Source: an uncultured Phascolarctobacterium sp. (GTDB lineage Bacteria > Bacillota > Negativicutes > Acidaminococcales > Acidaminococcaceae). Taken from it: 64,000 nucleotides of DNA. The stretch lies in assembly GCA_900552005.1 (NCBI GenBank), contig URXU01000009.1, forward strand, positions 5,045-69,044, read 5' to 3'. Positions 1-10,081 of the stretch are shown one piece after another. Under the pieces are notes generated by a model that was given only the letters and a program-made list of their open reading frames with translations, was not told where the DNA came from and searched no databases. Positions within the stretch are counted from its first letter, which is position 1, and every line of letters starts with the position of its first letter. Made by a program: the position numbers and the translations under genes.

Positions 1-24
1 TCATAATTAATTTGTTTACACAAC

Positions 25-1023
25 TTACCTGCAAAAATGTTTTTCCTCAGCATAATAAAGCTGAGCGCATTCCCGATACTCCTCCAGCAGCTGCATAAAC
101 TGCTCGTAGGTGTCCATTTTATGAAAACGTCCGCGATACTCCGCCGCATGGGGCATACCTTTCAGATAGGCAGAAATATGCCTGCGCATTTCTTTGACCG
201 AAATGTATTCTCCTTTATAATCAATCAGCATTCGCAGATGCTCGGCAGCCAGATTGAGTTTATCCTCCAGAGGAATTTTCTCACTGTAAGGCTGCTGCAG
301 CAATGCTGCCCGCAGCTGCTGAAAAATCCAGGGATTGCCGTCTGCGCCTCTTCCGACCATCAAACCGTCACAGCCGGTTTCCCGCAGCATGCGCATACCG
401 TCTGCCACTGAAAAAATATCCCCGTTACCGAATACAGGTATTTTTACCGCCTGCTTAACATCTGCGATAATACGCCAATCCGCCCTGCCTTCATAAAACT
501 GCTGCCGCGTGCGTCCATGCACAGCTACTGCCGCCACACCGGCAGCTTCGGCAGCTTTAGCAATTTCCACCGCATTTTTATGCGCGTCATCCCAGCCGGC
601 ACGAAATTTTACCGTAACCGGAATTTTTACCGCCTTGACCATAGCCGCCAAGATATCGTAGGCCAGACGGGGATTTTTCATCAGCGCCGAGCCTTCACCG
701 TTGTTGACAATCTTCGGTACAGGGCAGCCCATATTTAAGTCAATCATATCGGCACCGCTGGCTTCCGTAATCCGCGCTGCTTCTGCCAGTTCTTCCGGTA
801 CACTGCCAAATAGCTGAATAGCTGTAGGACGTTCTCCGGCGTCAATTTTCAGCATTTCTTGCGTTTTGACATTTTTATACAGCAGTCCTTTAGCGCTGAC
901 CATTTCCGATACAGTATAGCCGCATCCTAATCTGCGGCAAATTAATCTGAACGGCAAATCCGTAATGCCTGCCATTGGCGCTAAAGCCACCGGTACTTCA
1001 ATATTTACGCTTCCTATTTTCAT
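25..1023 (-). CDS. dusB: tRNA-dihydrouridine synthase (DusB family)
   Basis: ORF 25..1077. Dus TIM-barrel signatures APMAGITDLPFR, DLNMGCP, HGRTR. Start trimmed to the ATG at 1023 (MKIGSVNIEVP) behind a GAAAGGAA RBS. Confidence 0.9.
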   Translation of the reverse strand: MKIGSVNIEVPVALAPMAGITDLPFRLICRRLGCGYTVSEMVSAKGLLYKNVKTQEMLKIDAGERPTAIQLFGSVPEELAEAARITEASGADMIDLNMGCPVPKIVNNGEGSALMKNPRLAYDILAAMVKAVKIPVTVKFRAGWDDAHKNAVEIAKAAEAAGVAAVAVHGRTRQQFYEGRADWRIIADVKQAVKIPVFGNGDIFSVADGMRMLRETGCDGLMVGRGADGNPWIFQQLRAALLQQPYSEKIPLEDKLNLAAEHLRMLIDYKGEYISVKEMRRHISAYLKGMPHAAEYRGRFHKMDTYEQFMQLLEEYRECAQLYYAEEKHFCR

Positions 1024-1082
1024 GGGATTCCTTTCATATATAAATACAGCCCGCCGAAGCGGGCTGTATGCCGACAAAATAT

Positions 1083-1859
1083 TTATTTAGAGTTTTTTTC
1101 GTACAAAATGCGCAACCCGTCAAGAGTCAGGAAGGGTTCAACCATATCTATAGCCTTAGATTCAGCTGCCATGGTATGCGCAAAACCACCGGTAGCAATT
1201 ACATAAGCATCCCCGCCCAGTTCTTCCTTCATATGACTGATAATGCCTTCCATCTGGCCTACAAAGCCATATAAAACGCCTGCCTGCATGGAGCTTACCG
1301 TATTACGGCAAATTACCGTTTTGGGTTTAATCAGTTCGATACGCGGCAGTTTAGCAGTTCTCTGAAAGAGCGCCTCCGTAGAAATGCCGATACCGGGCGC
1401 AATCGCACCGCCTAAATATTCACCATTAGGCAATAAAGCGCAGAAAGTAGTAGCCGTACCGAAATCAACAATAATCATGGGACGCTGTAATTTGCTGTAT
1501 TTATCAAAAGCCGCTACTGCGTTGACAATACGGTCAGCGCCTACTTCCTTAGGATTATCGTAACGCAGCAGGATACCGTTTTTAATGCCGGGGCCTACTA
1601 CCATGGGATTGATACCAAAATATCTCTCACACATATGGCATAAAGGAATCAGTACCGGCGGTACAACGCTGGAAATAATAATAGACGTCACTTCATGCAT
1701 GGGCACATCACTGTAATCAAACATACTGCGCAGTAAAATACCATATTCATCAGCAGTTTTGGAGCGGTCAGTGGAAAAGCGCCAGTGCATTTTCAACTCT
1801 TTATCTTTAAAGACACCTGCCACAATATTGGTATTACCTACATCAATTACCAATAACAT
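1083..1859 (-). CDS. coaX: type III pantothenate kinase
   Basis: 258 aa. N-terminus [11 protein letters not shown] and the GTATT / ATGG ASKHA-fold motifs are typical of CoaX. Firmicutes synteny next to dusB and ftsH. Confidence 0.9.
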   Translation of the reverse strand: MLLVIDVGNTNIVAGVFKDKELKMHWRFSTDRSKTADEYGILLRSMFDYSDVPMHEVTSIIISSVVPPVLIPLCHMCERYFGINPMVVGPGIKNGILLRYDNPKEVGADRIVNAVAAFDKYSKLQRPMIIVDFGTATTFCALLPNGEYLGGAIAPGIGISTEALFQRTAKLPRIELIKPKTVICRNTVSSMQAGVLYGFVGQMEGIISHMKEELGGDAYVIATGGFAHTMAAESKAIDMVEPFLTLDGLRILYEKNSK

Positions 1860-1915
1860 TGATTATCCTCCTTGGACAGAAAAGCTTTTTACCTGTTTTT
1901 TACAAAACCTATAAT

Positions 1916-1944
1916 ATTATACGCAAAAGAATATTATATTGCAA
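1916..1944 (-). promoter_or_regulatory. sigma70-like promoter for coaX-dusB
   Basis: Minus strand reads TTGCAA, 17 nt spacer, TATAAT, between the birA stop and the coaX start. Confidence 0.5.
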
Positions 1945-1948
1945 CACT

Positions 1949-2947
1949 TTATTGATAGGCGCCGTTTTTCGCCGCTGCCGGACGAATGGAAACATCGCCT
2001 GCTACAACCTTATCCACGGTTCCGTCTTCACGCTCAACCATTAATAGGCCTTCCTCATCAATATCCAGCGCCTTGCCGTAATAGGTTTCATCAGGCGCAA
2101 TTACCTTGACCTGCTGACCTAAAGTGCAGGAATAGCGGCGCCATTCATCAAGCACGGGAGCAAAGCCCTTTTCCAGCACCTGTTCATACAAATCTTCCAT
2201 ATTCTTCAAAATATCCGCCAAAAGCTCTACACGGGTAAACGGTTCCTGAGCAACATCTGCAACTGAAACCGCCAAATCCCGTACTTCTTCCGGATAATCC
2301 TCTTTGGTACCATTAGTATTGACACCGGTACCGATAACCACATAATTAATATGTCCGAATTCAGCATTCATTTCAGTCAAAATGCCCACCAGCTTACGTC
2401 CGTTCAGCAGTACATCGTTGGGCCATTTAATAGCGGCCTTAACGCCTTGTAATTTATTAATAGCCTTGACTACCGATACGGCGGCCAGCAAAGTGCATTT
2501 AGATGCTTCCTGCGGCAAAAATGGCGGTTTCAGCACTACAGAGAACCAGATACCTTTCGCATAAGGAGAAATCCATCCGCGGGACAGTCTTCCCTTGCCG
2601 GAGCACTGTTCCTCGGCAACTACCAGCAGCCCATTTTCACAGCCCTTATTGGCAATGGCCTTTGCCACATTATTAGTTGAATCAACGCTGTCCTGATAAC
2701 AGATACTGTGTCCCAGCCATTTTGTCTGCAAATGAGAAGTAATTTCCTGCGGGAAAAGCCGGTCAGGAGCTTCTCGTAAAATATAACCTTTTTTAGGTAC
2801 GGATTCTATTTCATAACCTTCATTTTTCAAAGTCTGAATATGTTTCCAGACGGCAGTACGGGAAACTTCCAATTTACGGGAAATTTCTTCTCCTGAAACC
2901 GGTTGCTGCCCACTGGCACGTAATAATTCCAAAATACGTCTGCGCAT
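1949..2947 (-). CDS. birA: bifunctional biotin-[acetyl-CoA-carboxylase] ligase / biotin operon repressor
   Basis: N-terminal HTH (VSGEEISRKLEVSRTAVWKHIQTLK), ligase core GKGRLSRGW, C-terminal SH3-like tail. Start set at the ATG at 2947 behind GGAGGG. Confidence 0.9.
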   Translation of the reverse strand: MRRRILELLRASGQQPVSGEEISRKLEVSRTAVWKHIQTLKNEGYEIESVPKKGYILREAPDRLFPQEITSHLQTKWLGHSICYQDSVDSTNNVAKAIANKGCENGLLVVAEEQCSGKGRLSRGWISPYAKGIWFSVVLKPPFLPQEASKCTLLAAVSVVKAINKLQGVKAAIKWPNDVLLNGRKLVGILTEMNAEFGHINYVVIGTGVNTNGTKEDYPEEVRDLAVSVADVAQEPFTRVELLADILKNMEDLYEQVLEKGFAPVLDEWRRYSCTLGQQVKVIAPDETYYGKALDIDEEGLLMVEREDGTVDKVVAGDVSIRPAAAKNGAYQ

Positions 2948-3003
2948 AGCTTTTCCCTCCATTTATCATAAGCAAAGGTTATCACCAGGTTAACCAAAAG
3001 TCA

Positions 3004-3038
3004 AGCAAAAACAAACGCACCCCAGCTGAGGTGCGTTT
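3004..3038 (-). terminator. intrinsic terminator after ftsH
   Basis: Minus strand AAACGCACC-loop-GGTGCGTTT followed by a T-rich run. Confidence 0.7.
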
Positions 3039-3042
3039 AGAT

Positions 3043-4965
3043 CTATTTGCTTTCGTTATTTTCAGTAAGCGCCGGCTTTGATTCATCTGCGGGCTGCTCC
3101 GCAGCAGCTTCCTGCGGCACTGCTTCCTTTGACGGCTCTTCAATACCCAGTTCCGTTTTTTCTTCTGCGGACAGGATATGACCATATTTCAGCAGTTCCT
3201 GAATTTCCTCTGCCTCCAGAGTTTCTTTTTCAATTAAAGCCTGAGCAATAATGTGCAGCTTATCGATATTTTCCGACAGCAGCTTTTCCGTTGCCGCATA
3301 CGCATCTTCAATAAAAGAACGTACTTCCTTATCTATTTCAGCAGCAACTTCTTCACTGTAATCTTTTTCACGGGCAATATCACGGCCTAAAAATACCTGA
3401 TCCTGACGGTGACCGAAAGTTACCGGTCCAATATTTTCACTCATGCCGTATTCACAGATCATCTGACGGGCCAATGTTGTTGCGCGCTGTAAATCGTTGC
3501 TGGCGCCGCTGGAAATTTCTTTAAGCACCAGTGCTTCCGCTACGCGTCCGCCCAAAAGAACCTTCAGTTCGTCCAGCATTTCACTGCGGGTAGCATAGTA
3601 TCTGTCTTCCTTAGGCAGGCTCAAGGTATAACCGCCTGCACGTCCGCGCGGAATAATTGTTACCTTATGCACGGGATCAGTATTATCCAGCAGCATGCCA
3701 ACTACAGTATGCCCGCCTTCATGATAAGCAGTCAAGCGTTTTTCCTTATCGCTGATTACACGGCTTTTGCGTTCCGGTCCCATGATAACGCGCTCTGCGG
3801 CTTCTTCCATTTCCGGCATATTGATGACCTTCTTATTTTTTCTGGCAGTCATCAGCGCAGCTTCATTAACCAAATTGCTCAAATCAGCGCCGGTAAAGCC
3901 AGGCGTACGCTGAGCAATTACGTTAAGCTGAACATCCTGTCCAATGGGTTTGCCTTTTACATGCACCTTCAAAATTTCCTGACGGCCTTTAATATCAGGA
4001 CGGTCTACCACAATTTGACGGTCAAAACGGCCAGGACGCAGCAAAGCCGGATCAAGAATATCCGGACGGTTAGTTGCGGCAATCATGATAATGCCTTCAT
4101 TAGCGCCAAAACCATCCATCTCTACCAGCAGCTGATTCAAGGTCTGTTCACGTTCATCGTGGCCGCCGCCAAGACCTGCACCACGCTGACGGCCTACCGC
4201 ATCAATTTCATCGATAAATACAATGCAGGGGGCGCTTTTCTTAGCCTGTTCAAATAAGTCACGCACACGGGAAGCACCTACGCCGACAAACATTTCCACA
4301 AAATCAGAACCGGAGATGCTGAAAAACGGCACGCCTGCTTCACCGGCCACAGCCTTAGCCAGCAATGTCTTGCCTGTACCGGGAGGTCCATACAGCAGGA
4401 CACCTTTAGGTATTTTAGCTCCCAATTCATTGTACTTTTGCGGATGCTTCAGAAATTCCACAACTTCTTCCAATTCCTGTTTGGCCTCATCGGCACCGGC
4501 TACATCCTTGAAGGTTACCTTAACCTTATCTTCATCATAACGGCGGGCACGGCTTTTGCCGAAATTCATTACCCGACCGCCGCCGCCATTGCTTTGATTC
4601 ATCAAAAGGAACCACAGCCCGACAATCAGCAGCATGGGCAATATAGAACTCAAAATACCGGTCCACCAAGGTGGCTGCGGCGGCAATTCCGCTTTGATTT
4701 CTACATTTTTGGCCTCCAGTTTGGGAATCAGCGTATCATCTTTAGGCACAACAGTAGAAAATTCCTTACCGTCTTTTAATTTACCACTGATAATATTATC
4801 AACAATTGTTACCTGCTTTACTTCTTCCTGCTGTACATGCTGCAAAAAGCTGGTATAGCTTATATCATCCTTCTTTTCTGTACCGCCGGAATAATAATCA
4901 AACATCCATATCATGACAATAATAATCAGCAGATAAAAAGTTACGTTCTTAAAAAATTTATTCAA
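3043..4965 (-). CDS. ftsH: ATP-dependent zinc metalloprotease FtsH
   Basis: 640 aa. Two N-terminal TM segments, Walker [12 protein letters not shown] second region of homology, zinc motif HEGGH. TTG start behind GAAGGAGGA. Confidence 0.97.
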   Translation of the reverse strand: MNKFFKNVTFYLLIIIVMIWMFDYYSGGTEKKDDISYTSFLQHVQQEEVKQVTIVDNIISGKLKDGKEFSTVVPKDDTLIPKLEAKNVEIKAELPPQPPWWTGILSSILPMLLIVGLWFLLMNQSNGGGGRVMNFGKSRARRYDEDKVKVTFKDVAGADEAKQELEEVVEFLKHPQKYNELGAKIPKGVLLYGPPGTGKTLLAKAVAGEAGVPFFSISGSDFVEMFVGVGASRVRDLFEQAKKSAPCIVFIDEIDAVGRQRGAGLGGGHDEREQTLNQLLVEMDGFGANEGIIMIAATNRPDILDPALLRPGRFDRQIVVDRPDIKGRQEILKVHVKGKPIGQDVQLNVIAQRTPGFTGADLSNLVNEAALMTARKNKKVINMPEMEEAAERVIMGPERKSRVISDKEKRLTAYHEGGHTVVGMLLDNTDPVHKVTIIPRGRAGGYTLSLPKEDRYYATRSEMLDELKVLLGGRVAEALVLKEISSGASNDLQRATTLARQMICEYGMSENIGPVTFGHRQDQVFLGRDIAREKDYSEEVAAEIDKEVRSFIEDAYAATEKLLSENIDKLHIIAQALIEKETLEAEEIQELLKYGHILSAEEKTELGIEEPSKEAVPQEAAAEQPADESKPALTENNESK

Positions 4966-5034
4966 GTACGTATCCTCCTTCTACTAAAATTTATGCTATT
5001 TTATTATAGTATACTCTACTTAATTAAACAACTT

Positions 5035-5586
5035 TTATTTATCTGCACGGGCATAAACAGAAGATTTCAATACACCGATATACGGCAGATTACGGTAATC
5101 CCCGGCATAATCCAGACCATAGCCGACAACAAATTCATCAGGAATATTAAAGCCTACGTAATCGGCTTGCAGACCGTTAACTCTTCGTTCAGACTTATCA
5201 CATAAAGCTACGGTCTTTAACGAAGCCGGCTTATGTACTTTAAGCATATTGGAAATAGCCGCAAAAGTTACACCGCTGTCGATAATATCGTCAATCAGCA
5301 GAACATGCTTGCCGGTAATATTTTCGCTGATGTCCAGTCTCACCTTAACACTGCCGCTGGTAGAAGTGCCATCACCATAGGAGGAGGCTACCATGAAATC
5401 AACCCGCAGCGGGATATCAATCGCTCTGGTTAAATCAGTAGCAAACCAGGCAGCACCTTTAAGCAGAATGATAACAACCAAATCCTTGCCGGCATAATCT
5501 TCACTGATTTGCTTGCCCATTTCGCTGACGCGGTCATCTATCTGTTCCTTAGTCAGTAAAATCTGTTTAATATCGTTATTCATCAT
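5035..5586 (-). CDS. hpt: hypoxanthine phosphoribosyltransferase
   Basis: 183 aa. PRPP-binding motif VLLIDDIIDSGVT. Conserved tilS-hpt-ftsH order. Confidence 0.92.
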   Translation of the reverse strand: MMNNDIKQILLTKEQIDDRVSEMGKQISEDYAGKDLVVIILLKGAAWFATDLTRAIDIPLRVDFMVASSYGDGTSTSGSVKVRLDISENITGKHVLLIDDIIDSGVTFAAISNMLKVHKPASLKTVALCDKSERRVNGLQADYVGFNIPDEFVVGYGLDYAGDYRNLPYIGVLKSSVYARADK

Positions 5587-6970
5587 CGTTCTCCTTTGTC
5601 ATTAATTCTAACTGCAGCCAATTTTTATAGCTTCCCTGCGGCCAAGCAGCATTGGCAACTCCAAAAATTCCCAGAATCTTATTGCCGCAGCAGGCCAGTA
5701 ATTTGCTGTCACGCAGGTGGCGTGGAAGCTTGCGGTCAATAAAATAATCTTTTAGTTTCTTACTGCCGGTACCTCCGTACGGATAAAATCTGTCACCGTC
5801 CTGCCTGCTGCGCAGCACCAAAGACTCTGCATCAAGCAAGTCCAGCGGATAAATTATCCTGTTATTCCGCAGCACTGGCTGTATGTTTGTCAGATGCACT
5901 TCAATTTTACCGAGCGCACAGTCTGCTGTAAAGCCGTCCCGCAAAAAAATGTTCAGCGGCTGCTGCATGAGCGTTTTCGCCGTCTGAACAGCTTGGGGCC
6001 CTATAAGCAGGCGCTCATATGCGTAATACGCCTGCAAATGCTGCGGCAGCTTAAGTATTGCGCCGCTGCGTTTATGCAGGCAAAGCTTATCCAAAGCTTC
6101 CGTATGCCGGTAACTGAGCTCAGTGCCGCCGGCAGCAAAATATACTTTTCTCAGCAGTCTTCTGCGTACAGAAGGAGCCAAAGCTTCCCATTTTTGGGTG
6201 TCAGCCGTCAATCCTTCAGCGGCTGCTGTTATACGTTTACCCCATTCCTGCTCAACAAGAGCTTCAAAAAACTGCTCATCTTCCTGCAGGACGGCAGCCG
6301 TCTGCAGCAAAGCTTTTTTAACCGATGGATTAAAATTAGCCTGCAAATAAGGCAATAACTGCAAGCGTATTTTATTGCGCGTATAATAAACATCGTCATT
6401 GCTGCTGTCATGACAATAGGCCAGATTAGATTCTTGGCAATACTGAATTAATTCTTCCCTGCTCAGCTGCAGAAACGGCCGTATAATCCGGCCATGCTGC
6501 AGTTCCATACCGCTTAACCCGGCAGCACCAGCCCCGCGCAAAAGCTTTAGCAAAACAGTTTCTGCCTGGTCATCACTGTGATGAGCCGTCAAAATATATT
6601 GGGCCCCCAAAAAATCTGCTTCTTCCTGCAGCGCCTGATAGCGAAGACTACGGGCTGCATTCTCTACCGATAAACCATTTTTTTTACTATGCTTCAGTAC
6701 ATCTACATGCCGGCAGATAAAAGGCAGCTTATGCTCCTGGCAGAAAGTTTCTACTAATGCCGCATCTCTCATGGCCTCCTGCCCTCGCAGTCCGTGCTCT
6801 ACATGAACAACGAACACTGAACAGTAAGCCTGCTTCTGCAAAGCATATAATCCGCCGGCCAAAGCCATGGAATCGGCGCCGCCGCTGACAGCAGCAAGCG
6901 CTGTACTCCCCTTTGGCAATGCGTTTTTTAATGCCTGTTCAATTTTTCTTTTAATCAGTTGCCCCTGCAT
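5576..6970 (-). CDS. tilS: tRNA(Ile)-lysidine synthetase
   Basis: 464 aa. PP-loop SGGADS near the N-terminus and a C-terminal TilS substrate-binding region. Overlaps the hpt start by 11 nt. Confidence 0.9.
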   Translation of the reverse strand: MQGQLIKRKIEQALKNALPKGSTALAAVSGGADSMALAGGLYALQKQAYCSVFVVHVEHGLRGQEAMRDAALVETFCQEHKLPFICRHVDVLKHSKKNGLSVENAARSLRYQALQEEADFLGAQYILTAHHSDDQAETVLLKLLRGAGAAGLSGMELQHGRIIRPFLQLSREELIQYCQESNLAYCHDSSNDDVYYTRNKIRLQLLPYLQANFNPSVKKALLQTAAVLQEDEQFFEALVEQEWGKRITAAAEGLTADTQKWEALAPSVRRRLLRKVYFAAGGTELSYRHTEALDKLCLHKRSGAILKLPQHLQAYYAYERLLIGPQAVQTAKTLMQQPLNIFLRDGFTADCALGKIEVHLTNIQPVLRNNRIIYPLDLLDAESLVLRSRQDGDRFYPYGGTGSKKLKDYFIDRKLPRHLRDSKLLACCGNKILGIFGVANAAWPQGSYKNWLQLELMTKENDDE

Positions 6971-6983
6971 AGGCCTCTCCTAT

Positions 6984-7016
6984 GTAAAATAAAGGGCACC
7001 CCATCAGAGTGCCCCT
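6984..7016 (-). terminator. intrinsic terminator after the S1-domain gene
   Basis: Minus strand GGGGCAC-loop-GTGCCC followed by TTTATTTT. Confidence 0.6.
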
Positions 7017-7025
7017 CTTTACCAA

Positions 7026-7475
7026 TTATCTTTCACGTCTTGCACCGCGGCCGCCACGTTTTGATTCTGTATTACGTTTTAAGTCGAGCATACGGTCATC
7101 ACTATCTTTTAAAAATTTAGATAATTTATCTTCAAAAGAAAGAGTCGGTACAGGTCTTGCATTCTGCTGACGCATACCTCCGCGTCGTTCCCTATTATCC
7201 ATCTGCGGACGCTGCGGTTTAGGCTGCGGAGCAGCCGGAGGCGGAGTCAGCTGTTTAATGGACAAACCGATTTTACCGCGTTCATCAATAGATAAAACCT
7301 TAACTTTGACTTTGTCGTGTTCCTTCAAAAAATCATGTACATCTTTAACATATACATTAGATACTTCAGAAATATGGATAAGTCCTACTTTGCCTTCCGG
7401 TAATTGCACAAACGCGCCAAAATTGGTGATGCCGGTGACTTCACCTTCTAATATTGCACCTACTTCAAGTGACAT
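7026..7475 (-). CDS. S1 RNA-binding domain protein (YabR-like)
   Basis: 149 aa. S1 fold sequence GEVTGITNFGAFVQLPEGKVGLIHISE and a basic C-terminal tail. RBS AAGGGGGA. Confidence 0.85.
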   Translation of the reverse strand: MSLEVGAILEGEVTGITNFGAFVQLPEGKVGLIHISEVSNVYVKDVHDFLKEHDKVKVKVLSIDERGKIGLSIKQLTPPPAAPQPKPQRPQMDNRERRGGMRQQNARPVPTLSFEDKLSKFLKDSDDRMLDLKRNTESKRGGRGARRER

Positions 7476-7612
7476 TGAGAAAAAAATCCCCCTTAAAAAA
7501 TCTTTATACTTTGTTATTATACTCTTACGAAAAACATAGTGTCAACATAATGTTCAAAATAGAGGCAGGATATTTTTAAAGAACTAATTAAATATTTTCC
7601 CATCCCGGCAGC

Positions 7613-7645
7613 AAAAAAACAGCTTGCATTGCTCAAGCTGTTTTT
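7613..7645 (-). terminator. intrinsic terminator after ftsB/divIC
   Basis: AAAAAACAGCTTG-loop-CAAGCTGTTTTT, symmetric hairpin with flanking A and T runs. Confidence 0.7.
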
Positions 7646-7649
7646 CTCA

Positions 7650-7973
7650 TTATTTCTCACTTTTCTGCTGCTCTTTTTCTTTATCGTTATCCACAATAAA
7701 AACAGGTATTTCGTTTTTCTTAACCATATTGTATTCTTCCCGGGCCAGCTTTTCTATATAGGCCGGATCGTACAGATGCTGTTTTTCCTGCTCCAGTGCG
7801 GAATTTTCTTTTTTCATTTGCTCCAGCCGCTGCTGAGTAGCTTCTTTTTCCTGATTAATCTGATAGATCTGATATTCCTGACGAGCAAGGATGCCTATAC
7901 AGATAACGGTAACCAGTATAAAAACAAACTTAAATACACGGTTTTTACTTTTACGACGTCTTCGCCTCTGCAT
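7650..7973 (-). CDS. septum formation initiator (FtsB/DivIC family)
   Basis: Basic N-terminus, single TM segment, then a coiled coil (QEKEATQQRLEQMKKENSALEQEK). Start trimmed to the ATG at 7973 behind AAAGGTG. Confidence 0.75.
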   Translation of the reverse strand: MQRRRRRKSKNRVFKFVFILVTVICIGILARQEYQIYQINQEKEATQQRLEQMKKENSALEQEKQHLYDPAYIEKLAREEYNMVKKNEIPVFIVDNDKEKEQQKSEK

Positions 7974-8023
7974 CTTGCTCACACCTTTCGTTACCAGGAA
8001 CACTGCGGTCTGTCTTACAGAAC

Positions 8024-8053
8024 AAAAAATGCCCAGCTAAAGAAGCCGGGCAT
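8024..8053 (-). terminator. intrinsic terminator after hup
   Basis: Minus strand ATGCCCGGC-loop-GCTGGGCAT followed by TTTTTTG. Confidence 0.7.
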
Positions 8054-8064
8054 ATATGAAAAAA

Positions 8065-8346
8065 TTATTTACCTGCAACAACGTCTTTGAAAGCTTTGCC
8101 TGCTTTAAAAGCCGGAACTTTAGCTGCTTCAATAACAATTTCTTCACCAGTACGCGGATTTTTGCCCAGACGTTCTTTACGAACACGAGCTTCAAAAGTG
8201 CCGAAACCAATCAGTTGTACTTTGCCGTCAGCTGCAACTTCTTCTTTTACAGTGTCAAGGAAAGCATTAACAGTTTTTTCAACATCTTTTTTGGTCAGAC
8301 CAGTTTTTTCTGCTACAGCAGTAATTAATTCGGTTTTGTTCATCAT
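8065..8346 (-). CDS. hup: DNA-binding protein HU
   Basis: HU/IHF signature GFGTFEARVRKERLGKNPRTGEEI. Start trimmed to the ATG pair at 8346/8343 behind AAGGGGGA; the longer track ORF is an upstream extension. Confidence 0.93.
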   Translation of the reverse strand: MMNKTELITAVAEKTGLTKKDVEKTVNAFLDTVKEEVAADGKVQLIGFGTFEARVRKERLGKNPRTGEEIVIEAAKVPAFKAGKAFKDVVAGK

Positions 8347-8523
8347 GAAATCCCCCTTAATTATTAAATTAAGTAAATAATAATTAATATTTACATAACT
8401 TTGCTCATGTGCTGCTGAAGTGTATTCCACTTAGAATATTCTTCGTTCAAAGGATAAATCCTTTAATCTACCGTGTTATTGTAACAAATGTCAAAGAAAA
8501 AATCCAGTTAATTTTTTATTTTT

Positions 8524-10065
8524 CTACAATTCCTGCCGTTCCTGCTTTTTCGCTTCTTTCCAGAAAGCATCCAGTTTCTCAAGCGTAAAATCCTGCCAAT
8601 TGCGTTTGCTTGCCTGCACCTGTTTTTCCACATAGGCAAAACGCTTGGCAAAACGATTATTTGTCCCATTGAGAGCAGTTTCCGGTTCAATTTTATTATG
8701 TCTTGCATAATTCACTATGGCAAAAAGCAAATCACCCAGTTCAGCTTCGGCAGCTTGATAGGCACCTGCTTGCAATGCTTCCTGCAGCTCGGCAATTTCC
8801 TCTTCTACTTTAGCCCAGACAGCAGCCTTATCCTGCCAGTCAAAACCAACTTTGGCCGCTTTACCTTGCAATTTATAAGCCCGCAGCAAAGCTGGTAATC
8901 CCTGGGCAATACCGTCCAGTACATGCGTCCGCTCCGTTTTTTCCTGTTTTTTAATCTGGTCCCAATTTTGCAGTACTTCCGCGCTGTTTTCTACGGTAAC
9001 ATCACCAAAAACATGGGGATGACGGCGGATAAGCTTATCGGTTACTTCATCAATGACATCCTGTAAATCAAAGCGTCCTGCCTCTTCTGCCATCCGCGCA
9101 TGGAAAACCACCTGCATCAGCACATCGCCCAGTTCTTCACGCATGCCGTCCGTATCGTCATTATCCACGGCTTCCAAAAATTCATATACTTCTTCAATCA
9201 TATTGCCGCGGATGCTGGCATGGGTCTGTTCCCTGTCCCACGGGCAGCCGCCGGGCTCACGCAATACTTTCATTACATCAACCAAAGGCTGAATATCCAC
9301 ATCATCATAATAGCTTTCACCAGCAATATCATCAGCCTCATACGTCAAATCAGCCGCTTGTTTAGAGATTTCAGACGCCGGCAAAACAGCTTTTTCCGTC
9401 AGCGGCGGTACAAAAATGCTGGTAAGATGATCAATATTTGCCTGACGGTCCAATTCATATAATTTAAGAGGACGGCATTCTTCATCAGGCAGTCCCAAAT
9501 TGCGCAGGAAATAAATTTCGTAATCGTCATCCAATGCATCCATTAACGCCAGTTTCAAATCAGAAGCTACTAATCTGCTGTAAACCTGCGTTACCATTAA
9601 AGGATAATTTCCGGCATCGCCCAAGGCCTCAAAGTCCTGTGCGTCAATAATTCTCAGTCCGGCAATAGGATCTATTCCCAGCTCCACATAGGCCAGATCC
9701 AGAAAACTCATGGCCGGTTTAATAATTACTTCTATACCCTGTTGTCTGCCCTGCTCTCGCAGCAATACAACCGTACGTTCTGCCACCAGCGGACTGCCGG
9801 GAACAGCATAAACAACATCTCCTGCCGCCGCCTGTTCTAAAACGTAACTGGTAATTTTATTATACACTTCTTCAAAAGACTGACCCTGTTCATAAAAGTC
9901 ATCGCAGGAAGTGAAATGTATTTGACGTTTTTCCAATTCCGCTACGGTTGGATGCACAGCTGTGCGCAAAATAACTTTCGCATTGCCGGACAACAGTGTC
10001 ATGGTTTCTAAAGACAAATTTCCGGCTGCTCCCGGCCCCAATCCTACTACTATTATTTTTCCCAT
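8524..10065 (-). CDS. mazG: YabN-type fusion: tetrapyrrole-methylase-like domain + MazG nucleoside triphosphate pyrophosphohydrolase
   Basis: 513 aa. N-terminal IIVVGLGPG methylase-like fold and two MazG repeats (EEVYEFLEA, ELGDLLFAIVN). Confidence 0.85.
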   Translation of the reverse strand: MGKIIVVGLGPGAAGNLSLETMTLLSGNAKVILRTAVHPTVAELEKRQIHFTSCDDFYEQGQSFEEVYNKITSYVLEQAAAGDVVYAVPGSPLVAERTVVLLREQGRQQGIEVIIKPAMSFLDLAYVELGIDPIAGLRIIDAQDFEALGDAGNYPLMVTQVYSRLVASDLKLALMDALDDDYEIYFLRNLGLPDEECRPLKLYELDRQANIDHLTSIFVPPLTEKAVLPASEISKQAADLTYEADDIAGESYYDDVDIQPLVDVMKVLREPGGCPWDREQTHASIRGNMIEEVYEFLEAVDNDDTDGMREELGDVLMQVVFHARMAEEAGRFDLQDVIDEVTDKLIRRHPHVFGDVTVENSAEVLQNWDQIKKQEKTERTHVLDGIAQGLPALLRAYKLQGKAAKVGFDWQDKAAVWAKVEEEIAELQEALQAGAYQAAEAELGDLLFAIVNYARHNKIEPETALNGTNNRFAKRFAYVEKQVQASKRNWQDFTLEKLDAFWKEAKKQERQEL

Positions 10066-10081
10066 GCTATCCTCTCTTTCC